Shown: positions 11,568-21,037 of the stretch, piece by piece
Layout: the number at the start of each line of letters is the position of its first letter
Position numbering within the stretch: position 1 is the stretch's first letter
DNA from: Raphidiopsis brookii D9
Lineage (GTDB): Bacteria > Cyanobacteriota > Cyanobacteriia > Cyanobacteriales > Nostocaceae
Direction: 5' to 3'
Assembly (NCBI GenBank): GCA_000175855.1
Contig: ACYB01000007.1
Coordinates: 60,127-92,126 of the forward strand
DNA length: 32,000 nt
Position numbers and translations under genes: made by a program
The notes under the pieces: generated by a model
Told to the model about the DNA's origin: nothing
The model's input: the letters and a program-made list of their open reading frames with translations, nothing else
The model's database searches: none

Positions 11568-14500
11568 ATGACAGAAAAAATGATTTTCCGTAACCTTGTT
11601 GTCAACAAAGGTCAATTAAGAAACTTAATTTCCTGGGCATTTACCCACTATGGTACAGCCCGGACAGCTGTGATGGCAGATAAACTAAAAGACCTAGGAT
11701 TCCGGTTTGCGACCAAAGCCGGTGTATCCATTAGTGTAGACGATTTAATGGTTCCTCCCTCTAAAAAGTCCCTTTTACAGGCGGCTGAGGCGGAAATCTT
11801 GAGTACAGAGGCAAAATTTAAGCGTGGTGAAATTACGGAAGTAGAGCGATTCCAAAAAGTAATTGATACATGGAATAGTACCTCTGAAAATCTCAAAGAC
11901 GAAGTAGTTAATCACTTTAAAACTACAAATCCTCTTAATTCAGTTTATATGATGGCCTTTTCTGGAGCCAGAGGAAACATATCCCAAGTGAGACAATTAG
12001 TGGGAATGCGGGGACTAATGGCAGATCCCCAGGGAGAAATTATTGACTTGCCAATTAAGACCAATTTTCGGGAAGGCCTAACAGTTACCGAGTACATTAT
12101 CTCCAGTTATGGTGCGAGAAAGGGATTAGTAGACACAGCACTACGAACCGCTGACTCAGGTTATTTAACCCGACGATTAGTGGATGTTTCCCAAGACGTG
12201 ATTATTAGGGAAGTAGACTGTGGAACCCTAAGAGGTGTACCCGTACGGGACATGACAGAAGGGGCAAAAGTATTAATTCCCCTAGGGACAAGACTACTAG
12301 GGAGGGTTGTAGCTAAAGATATTATTAATCCCACAACTGGGGAGATTCTGGCAACCCGGAATACACCGATTTCCGACGAACTAGCAGCGGAAATCCACAA
12401 AGCGGGAGTAAAAGAAGTATTGGTAAGATCACCATTAACCTGTGAAGCTGCCCGTTCCGTATGTCAACATTGCTACGGGTGGAGCCTGGCATACGCCAAA
12501 ATGGTGGATTTGGGCGAAGCAGTGGGAATTATTGCAGCTCAAAGTATTGGGGAACCCGGAACTCAATTAACCATGCGGACCTTCCATACTGGTGGGGTAT
12601 TTACAGGAGAAGTTGCCCAACAGGTAAGAGCCAAAATCCCAGGAACCATCAAATTTTCCCGCAGCTTAAAGACCCGTCCCTATCGGACTCGTCATGGAGA
12701 AGATGCTTTATATGCTGAAACCAACGGCAATTTAATCCTCGAAAGTCCCACCCAGGATCATCAAGAAATTTCTGTGACCCAGGGTTCCACACTATATATT
12801 GTCCCAGGTCAAAAGGTTGAGGTGTCAGAATTGCTGGCCGAAGTAGCTTTAGGAGGTAAAACCACTAAAGCTAATACAGAAAAAGCAGTAAAAGATGTGG
12901 CTTCTGATTTGGCGGGTGAAGTAGTATTTGCTGATGTTTTAGCTGAACAAAAAACTGACCGTCAGGGAAACACCACCACAACAGCAACAAGAGGTGGTTT
13001 GATTTGGATTTTGTCGGGAGAAGTTTATAATTTACTCCCCGGTGCAGAATTGGTAGTCAAAAATGGAGATAAGATTACTACTAATGGAGTGTTGGCAGAG
13101 ACTAGACTCAATACCGTACATGGAGGAGTGGTTCGCCTACCTGAACCCATTCCTGGTCGTCCCACCAGAGAAATTGAAATCATTACAGCTTCTGTAATTT
13201 TAGACCAAGCAACAGTCACAGTTCATAGTTCTCAAGGGAAAAATAATTATTTGATTCATACTGGTCCAAGACACCAGGAAGAAATCTCCAAAGAGAATAT
13301 CAGTGAGGGATCTTTCCCATCCCAAACATTTAATCTCAGGGCCACACCCGGAACCAAAGTACAAAATGGTCAAGTTGTGGCTGAATTGATTGACGATAGA
13401 TATCGCACTACCACGGGAGGAATGTTGAAATTTGCCGGAATTGAAGTCCAGAAAAAAGGCAAGGCTAAACTCGGTTATGAGGTGGTAAGTGGGGGACTTT
13501 GTTGTGGATACCTGAAGAAACCCACGAAGTGAATAAGGATATTTCTCTACTTTTAGTAGAAGATGGACAATTTGTGGAAGCAAGCACAGAAGTAGTTAAA
13601 GATATATTCTGTCAAACCAGTGGAGTGGTGGAAATTACCCAAAAAAACGACATTCTGAGGGAGATAGTCATTAAACCCGGCGAACTTTTGATGGTAGATG
13701 ATCCAGAAGCAGTGCTGGGGAGAGATAATACCTTTATTCACCCCCAAGAGGAGTTACTAGGGACTACTGTAACGGAAATGCGTTACATTCAATATGTGGA
13801 ATCTCCCGAAGGACCAGCTCTTTTGAGTCGTCCTGTGGTGGAATTTCAGGTCTCATCCCACCCCAATTTACCTTCCACTACTTCTGTTAGTCAACAAACC
13901 GGAAGGTCGATACAATTAAGAGCAGTACAGCGGTTACCATACAAAGATGGGGAGCGCGTGAAAGCTGTAGATGGGGTTGAATTGCTCAGAACCCAACTAG
14001 TATTAGAGATTGAACAGGAGGGAGAGCAAGACCATGCTTCTCCTTTAGCAGCAGATATTGAATTAGTCCCTGATAGTGAAAACTCTGAGATTCAACGTCT
14101 GCAATTAGTGATTTTGGAATCTCTATCACTGAGGCGAGATATGGCAGCTGATGCCACCCAAGGTAGCACCCATACCACTTTAGAGGTAGAAGATGGTATT
14201 ACCATTCCACCTGGATCAGTAGTAGCAAGAACTCAGATCCTTTCCAAGGAAGGAGGAATCATACGAGGGGTAAGACCGGGTGCAGAAGCAGTTCGACGCT
14301 GTCTTATCCTCAGAGATACTGATATGATTGTCGTTAAGACAAATCTTCCACCTACTGTGAAAAAGGGAGATCTATTGGTACAAGGCACGGAAATTGCTCC
14401 AGGAATAACAGCTCCTGTTTCTGGACAGTTGGTAGATATTAGTCATCAATTACCCCCCAACAACAATCAACAAGAACAGCTGGTAGAAGCAGCATACTCC

Positions 14501-15709
14501 TTGAAAATTCGCACAGGTCGTCCCTATCGGGTTAGTCCAGGAGCAGTCTTACAAATAGAAGACGGTGGATTGGTACAAAGGGGAGATAATTTAGTTCTAT
14601 TGGTGTTTGAACGCGCAAAAACAGGAGATATTATCCAAGGGTTGCCAAGAATTGAAGAATTGTTGGAAGCTCGTAAACCCAAAGAAGCATGTATTTTATC
14701 CCGTCGTTCTGGGGAAGTAAAAGTAGTTTATGGGGAAGGGGATGAAAACCTGGTCAGTCGGGAAGCATATTCAGTTAAGGTTGTAGAATCTGATGGTGTG
14801 GTAATAGACTATCCTTTAGGACCAGGACAGAATTTAATCGTTCCCGATGGTGCGATGGTAGAAGCTGGTCAACCATTAACTGATGGACCTTCTAACCCCC
14901 ATGAAATTTTAGAAATCTTCTTCAGTTTGGGGTCTGAGGATGGCCTTTACGCTTGTGCTAGTCATGCTCTACAAAAAGTGCAAAGCTTTTTAGTGAATGA
15001 GGTACAAATGGTATACCAGTCTCAGGGAATTGACATTGCAGACAAACACATTGAAGTCATAGTCCGACAAATGACTAACAAAGTGCGTATTGATGATGGT
15101 GGTGATACCATTATGTTACCTGGAGAACTAGTTGAATTAAAACAGGTAGAGCAGGTAAATGAGGCTATGTCAATTACCGGGGGGGCTAGAGCTCAGTACA
15201 CACCAGTATTGCTGGGTATAACAAAAGCATCATTAAATACGGATAGTTTTATTTCTGCAGCTTCCTTCCAAGAAACCACAAGGGTGTTGACAGAAGCAGC
15301 TATTGAGGGTAAATCTGACTGGTTAAGAGGACTCAAAGAGAACGTTATCATAGGAAGATTGATTCCCGCTGGTACTGGTTATAACACTTATGAAGAGGTA
15401 GGAGCAATTGAGGACTATGGTACAGATGTGGCTACGGGTGTCTTAGATGAGGTAGATGATCCATTGGATATCGTTTTAGATGACCGAACCGCCAAGCTGT
15501 ATAGTTTGGATAACTCTGGACTAGATGGCACTTATGATGATAGCTATGATCACGATAACACCTATGGTAGTAACCATAGTACGGTTTTAGAGGATGAAGA
15601 TGAGGATCTAATTACCGATGAAGTAATTACAGGTGTAGATGAAGATGAAGATGAGGATGATTACGAAGACGAGGATGAAGATGATTTTGATATAGATGTA
15701 GATCTGTAA
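11568..15709 (+). CDS. rpoC2: DNA-directed RNA polymerase subunit beta-prime (cyanobacterial RpoC2), apparent 1-nt deletion in the G5 run at 13491-13495
   Basis: ORF 11568..13532 ends [10 protein letters not shown]|[14 protein letters not shown] 13499..15709 starts [24 protein letters not shown]. Adding one G gives a continuous [36 protein letters not shown] and [24 protein letters not shown] are diagnostic. The corrected length is about 1380 aa. Confidence 0.96.
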
Positions 15710-15772
15710 TCATTGATGTTTAACCATTTGGGGGAGTCATTTCCCCTTTTCTTTCTCCATCCCTAGAGTAAT

Positions 15773-16303
15773 ATGAATTCCAACCTAGAAAATTTAGAGT
15801 TTATTGACTATATTGACCACAGTGGTGAATTACCCATACAACTTGAAGGTAAGATAGGTGTTTATGCAATTTTTAATCAGGAAAAAATTTTGCAATTCAT
15901 TGGTTATTCCCGTGATGTTTATCTCAGTTGTAAGCAACATTTAGTTCGTCAACCCCATAAATGTTATTGGTTAAAAGTCCACACTATTGAACGTCCTGAC
16001 CGAAAAATTCTGTCGGAGATTGAAAATAGCTGGATTGCCCAAAATGGTAGTCTACCACCGGGCAATGGTGAGAATAAGCAAATATGGACTAATGCCATTA
16101 ATGTTCAAGAGTTAATGACTGATACAGAAAAAGAGGATTATCAAAATCCATTAATTGATGATTTAGCTAAGACTAAAGTGTTAAAGAATGTATCACGTCG
16201 ATTAGAGTCAGAAATATTAGAAGTGTTGAGAGCAAGGGGGTTGAAAACTCAAATTCGCTTTAACCCGAAGTTGAAAGAGGAGGGTTTACTGGATTTAAAA
16301 TAA
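15773..16303 (+). CDS. GIY-YIG nuclease-like domain protein
   Basis: 176 aa. IGVYAIFNQEKILQFIGYSRDVYLSCKQHL resembles a GIY-YIG core (GVY..FIGYSRDV), with a C-terminal conserved tail. Confidence 0.65.
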   Translation: MNSNLENLEFIDYIDHSGELPIQLEGKIGVYAIFNQEKILQFIGYSRDVYLSCKQHLVRQPHKCYWLKVHTIERPDRKILSEIENSWIAQNGSLPPGNGENKQIWTNAINVQELMTDTEKEDYQNPLIDDLAKTKVLKNVSRRLESEILEVLRARGLKTQIRFNPKLKEEGLLDLK

Positions 16304-16425
16304 CCTCACCTCCAGATGGTAGTATAATCCGAATTATAATTTAGAGGAGTTCCCTACCCAGGAAAAGACCTCTCTAGTCCAAAATGAATCATCATATATT
16401 ACCTTAAACAGTCAAACAGATAACC

Positions 16426-18387
16426 ATGCTAGAACAAGGTACTATCAGTATACACACTGAGAATATTTTCCCCATTATCAAGAAATCTCTCTATTCGGAT
16501 CATCAAATATTCCTGCGCGAACTCATATCTAACGCGGTAGATGCGATCCAAAAAATCAAAATGGTCTCCCGTGCTGGGGAGTATGATGGAGATATGGGGG
16601 AACCGGAAATTACCATTGCCATTGACAAGGAGAAGAAAACCCTTTCCATCTCTGATAATGGTATTGGGATGACTGGGGAAGAAGTAAAAAAATATATTAA
16701 CCAAGTAGCTTTCTCCAGTGCAGAAGAGTTTATTCATAAGTATGAAGGAAAAGCAGATCAACCAATTATTGGTCATTTCGGTTTAGGTTTCTATTCTTCT
16801 TTTATGGTGGCTACAAGGGTTGAAATAGATACCCTTTCTTACAAAGAGGGTTCGCAAGCAGTACATTGGAGTTGTGATGGTTCACCAGAATTTACTTTAG
16901 ATCAATCTTCTCGTCACAGTCGTGGTACAACGGTCACTTTAACGTTAATGCCCGATGAAGAAGATTATTTAGAGACAGCCAGAATTAAAAATTTGGTCAA
17001 AACCTATTGTGATTTTATGCCAGTTCCCATCAAACTAGATGGAGAGGTGTTAAATAAACAAAAAGCACCCTGGCGAGAATCTCCCAGCACTTTGACCCAG
17101 GAAGATTATTTGGAGTTTTACCGCTACCTTTATCCCTTTCAGGAAGAACCTTTATTGTGGGTTCATTTGAACACGGATTATCCATTTATTATTAATGGAA
17201 TTTTGTATTTCCCTAAAATGCGTCCTGATGTGGATGTAACTAAGGGACAAACTAAGTTGTTCTGTAATCAAGTTTTCGTCAGCGATAATTGTGATGAAAT
17301 TATTCCCCAATTTTTGATTCCTATGCGGGGTGTTATTGATAGTACGGATATTCCTTTGAACGTTTCTCGCAGTGCATTGCAAGGCGATCGCACGGTGAGG
17401 AAAATAGGAGATTATATCGCTAAAAAGGTGGGTGATAGACTAAAGGAACTCTATAGGAGCGATCGGGAACAATATATCAAAGCTTGGAAGGACTTAGGGA
17501 CTTTTGTTAAGTTTGGAGTTCTCAATGACGAGAAATTTAAAAAACAAGTGGAAGATATAATTGTTTTCCGAACTACTGCTAAATTCACTGAAAGTCCCGC
17601 CCATGAACCAACAGTTGAGGTGCAGTCAGCGGAGGGTGATATTTGGCAAGATGTGAATAAGAGCAACACCAATACCTTGCCCTACACCACCCTGAAGGAA
17701 TATCTGGAGCGGAACAAAGAGCGTCAGGAAAATAAGGTATTTTATAGCACTGATGAAGCTAGCCAAGCTACATATATAGAGCTACACAAAAATCAAGGTT
17801 TAGAAGTTCTATTTATGGACTCGTTCATTGATACTCACTTTATTAATTTTCTAGAAAGGGAATATCAGGATGTTAAATTTACTAGGGTAGATTCTGACCT
17901 AGATAACACATTATTAGATGATAAATCGGGGGAAATTGTAGACCCAACAACACAGAAAACCAAGAGTGAAACCATCAAGGAGTTATTTGAGAAATCCCTC
18001 AACAAACCCAAGGTAAATATTCGCACTGAAGCCTTGAAATCCGATGATCCTCAAGGAACACCACCAGCAGTAGTGTTATTACCAGAAATTCTTCGTCGTC
18101 TGCGGGAAATGAATGCCATGATGCAACAACAAAATGCCGATTTTCCTGAAGATCACATTTTGTTGGTGAATACGGCCCATCCTTTGATTCAAAACCTAGT
18201 TAGCTTGAATCAGGGCACTATTATTCAAGACGGGGGTGAATCACCAACAGGAAAATTGGTGAAAATGATTTGTCAGCACGTTTATGATTTAGCATTAATG
18301 TCTCAAAAGGGCTTTGATGCAGAGGGGATGAAGTCTTTTGTTGAACGTTCTAACGAGGTGTTAACTAAGTTAACTTCAGCAAGTTAA
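16426..18387 (+). CDS. htpG: Chaperone protein HtpG (Hsp90 family)
   Basis: 653 aa. ELISNAVDAIQKIK, LSISDNGIGMTGEEV, GHFGLGFYSSFMVA and LNVSRSALQGDRTVRKI. Confidence 0.96.
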   Translation: MLEQGTISIHTENIFPIIKKSLYSDHQIFLRELISNAVDAIQKIKMVSRAGEYDGDMGEPEITIAIDKEKKTLSISDNGIGMTGEEVKKYINQVAFSSAEEFIHKYEGKADQPIIGHFGLGFYSSFMVATRVEIDTLSYKEGSQAVHWSCDGSPEFTLDQSSRHSRGTTVTLTLMPDEEDYLETARIKNLVKTYCDFMPVPIKLDGEVLNKQKAPWRESPSTLTQEDYLEFYRYLYPFQEEPLLWVHLNTDYPFIINGILYFPKMRPDVDVTKGQTKLFCNQVFVSDNCDEIIPQFLIPMRGVIDSTDIPLNVSRSALQGDRTVRKIGDYIAKKVGDRLKELYRSDREQYIKAWKDLGTFVKFGVLNDEKFKKQVEDIIVFRTTAKFTESPAHEPTVEVQSAEGDIWQDVNKSNTNTLPYTTLKEYLERNKERQENKVFYSTDEASQATYIELHKNQGLEVLFMDSFIDTHFINFLEREYQDVKFTRVDSDLDNTLLDDKSGEIVDPTTQKTKSETIKELFEKSLNKPKVNIRTEALKSDDPQGTPPAVVLLPEILRRLREMNAMMQQQNADFPEDHILLVNTAHPLIQNLVSLNQGTIIQDGGESPTGKLVKMICQHVYDLALMSQKGFDAEGMKSFVERSNEVLTKLTSAS

Positions 18388-18676
18388 ATAGTCCCCCAGG
18401 GACTGCTATCATGGAATGCAACCCTGCTAACTGAATTGCAAACACAGTTCAAACACAATTGGAAATGTTTAAAATTCCTCAATTTTTGGGCAAAAGGTTG
18501 ACATTCTGGGAATTTCTGTTTAGTATAGTATGGTACACAATTGCCCGCAAAACCTAAACCATTGAAAGGCCACGAGGAAAAATCAAAGCGTGTTTAGGCT
18601 AAGGGTATAAGTTACCAGTAATTTTCGAGGTTTGAGCAATAGCTCACCGATAACCATAAAGAGAGGACTTGAAAAC

Positions 18677-19273
18677 ATGGCATTTACACAGCTTCCCTTA
18701 CCATACGACTTTAACGCTTTAGAAAGTTACGGCATGAAGGCTGAAACCTTTGAATACCACTATGGTAAGCATCACAAAGCATATGTAGACAACCTAAACA
18801 AGCTAACTGAAGGTACAGATTTGGCGGATAAGTCTCTGGAAGAAGTAATCCAAATTTCCTTCAAAGACCCATCTAAAGCTGGAATTTTCAACAATGCAGC
18901 ACAGGTTTGGAACCATACTTTCTTTTGGAATTCGCTCAAACCCGCAGGTGGCGGTGTCCCTACCGGAGCATTAGCAGACAAAATCAGTCAAGACTTTGGC
19001 AGCTTTGACAAGTTCAAAGAGGAATTTTCCACAGCAGCAGCAACCCAATTTGGTAGTGGTTGGGCTTGGTTAGTTGATGATGGTGGCACACTCAAAGTAG
19101 TCAAAACGCCGAATGCTGAGAACCCTTTAGTTCACGGTAAAAAACCACTCCTAACCCTTGACGTGTGGGAGCACGCTTATTATATAGACTTTAAAAATGC
19201 GCGTCCCGCATTCATCAAAAATTTCTTAGACAATTTAGCCAACTGGGAATTTGTAGCAGCGAATTTAGGTTAA
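18677..19273 (+). CDS. sodB: Superoxide dismutase [Fe] (ORF open from 18632; start at MAFTQLPLPYDF preferred)
   Basis: FEYHYGKHHKAYVDNLNKL, AAQVWNHTFFWNSLKPAGGG and LTLDVWEHAYYIDFKNARPAF. Confidence 0.95.
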   Translation: MAFTQLPLPYDFNALESYGMKAETFEYHYGKHHKAYVDNLNKLTEGTDLADKSLEEVIQISFKDPSKAGIFNNAAQVWNHTFFWNSLKPAGGGVPTGALADKISQDFGSFDKFKEEFSTAAATQFGSGWAWLVDDGGTLKVVKTPNAENPLVHGKKPLLTLDVWEHAYYIDFKNARPAFIKNFLDNLANWEFVAANLG

Positions 19274-19352
19274 ATGTGAAAGCAAAAATAAAACATTCAA
19301 GGTTTTAAGCGATTAAACTACAGCTTTAGCCAGAACGTGATAGACAGGGGAG

Positions 19353-19372
19353 CCAGGGAATTAATTCCCTGG
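19353..19372. promoter_or_regulatory. Perfect 20-nt palindrome CCAGGGAATTAATTCCCTGG within a larger nested hairpin region, between the convergent sodB and CRISPR effector operons
   Basis: Direct reading. Flanks AGCTTT (19323-) and AAAGCT (19376-) also pair. A second imperfect stem AGTTGGTTTTCAACCGACT follows. Confidence 0.6.
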
Positions 19373-19511
19373 TTCAAAGCTAAAGTTGGTTTTCAACCGA
19401 CTAGTTTTGTTGGTGGGGGATTGTGGGTTAACCTGCATTATTCATGAAGCTAAAAATAGGCAAAACAAAACCTAACATTTATCCCCCAATTTGTGAGCGA
19501 TCGCCTAATTA

Positions 19512-21037
19512 TTAACTTGCATCTTCTAAGTATTGTAGTCCCCACTGATATAAAGAACGCATTAATAAATTGTTGAAATTGGGGGGAGTGCCAATTTCTC
19601 TTAGTGTCTGCATCATTAAGTTTTTAATGATTGTTGATGTTGTTGGTATTTTAACTCCATCAAAGTTGTTATTAGCCCAAAGATAACCGACCTGTTTGGC
19701 ATCTATTGATTCACCATCATGAATAATTTTATTGCGTTTTTTTCTAATATCACTCATTAAGTTTGACCATTTTTTATCTTCTTTAAATCTACTATATGAA
19801 CACCACCCTTGCATCAATTCTGCCAGTGTTGGTTCATCTTTATCTTTGGGTATCCAACCTTTGGTATACCATTTCTTATTAATAGATTCCAGATATAATA
19901 ATTGTTCTAAAATCTGTACAAACTGAATGAATGCTATGGTATAATTTCCCTATTTAATGTTAGTTCTAAGATTAAAATAGACTCCCATAAATTAGTAATT
20001 TTGTCATTCTGTAATCTTTGTAATTGGGTTTTCCAGGTTTCAACCTGTTCTGCATCAACTAGTTTTGATATATCATTAGAACTCACCCAATCTTTGAGAT
20101 TTCGATAAAATTCTTTGCTATATTCCCAGTTACTATATTTCGCTAGAAAACCAGCTAATTTATGTAATACTGGATGACGATGTTGATGGACTTTTAGCCA
20201 AATTTGTGCTTCTGAAAAATCCCCTCTTTGCCAAGACGATTTTATCTTGACTTTTTCTAACGCCCAAAAATATTCGCCCATCGTAATCAGTTGAAAATTT
20301 TGGGAATGATTAGCAGTAACTAAACCATTTTCTAAAGTAGTAAAAAATTCCTTTGGTTCATCGGGAGTAGCATTAAATACTTGATATTGACGTACTAAAG
20401 CGGCCGCACAAATTTCTACATTAGAAGCAATTACGGGAGTACATCCTTTAGTTTGAATCCAGAGAACAAACTCTTGATTTTTGTTAGCACTGATAGCTTC
20501 TTTTAAAACCAGTTGTTCTAATTCTTCTCGAATTTCATCACTATTACCAGCATTAATTTTTGGGGCGTGAACATCAACTCTAATATCAGGAAATAAACTT
20601 TTAATTTTTCCTTTCATTAATTCTGCTAACCATAAGGTATCTAATCGGCGAAAGTTCCAAGTAATAGTTTCTGGTTGGTCTGTTCCCCATAGAATAATAT
20701 GTTTTAAGCCTTGTTTTACTCCTCCTTCAATGACAGTTTTATCTAGTAATAATTCAACATTACTAAAATCACCGCCTAACCATTCTTGACAGTAATCATA
20801 ATATCTTTGACCTAAATCTCGACCACTCCAGGGATAGGTTTTACCATCTTGGTCTTGATGTTTACCCCGTTCTATTCCTATTTGTTGATAGAGTTCGTTG
20901 ATATGTGGAGGATAGCTAATATTACCATCTGCACCAAAGGAACGAATAATACCGTCTTTGCAACGCCAACCTATTTGTCGAGTTCCTACGGTGATGATAA
21001 GGGTGCTAACTTTATCTGTATTATTGGTTATTTTCAT
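19512..21037 (-). CDS. CARF-HEPN ancillary effector of the type III system (Csx1/Csm6-like predicted cOA-activated RNase), split by an apparent 1-nt deletion at 19945-19947
   Basis: The N-terminal ORF 19934..21037 begins TLIITVGTRQIGW (Rossmann/CARF-like) and ends LTLNREIIP*. Adding one T in 19945-19947 (plus strand) gives LTLNRENYTIAFIQFVQILEQLLYLESINKKWYTKGWIPKDKDEPTLAELMQGWCSYSRF..SDIRKKRNKIIHDGES. This joins to ORF 19512..19817, which carries the Rx4H HEPN motif. The corrected length is 508 aa. The start overlaps the upstream RAMP stop (ATGA). Confidence 0.8.

Noticed and set aside
12461-12718. Plus-strand ORF of 85 aa inside rpoC2
   Set aside because: Lies in an alternative frame over conserved RpoC2 sequence ([19 protein letters not shown]); spurious.
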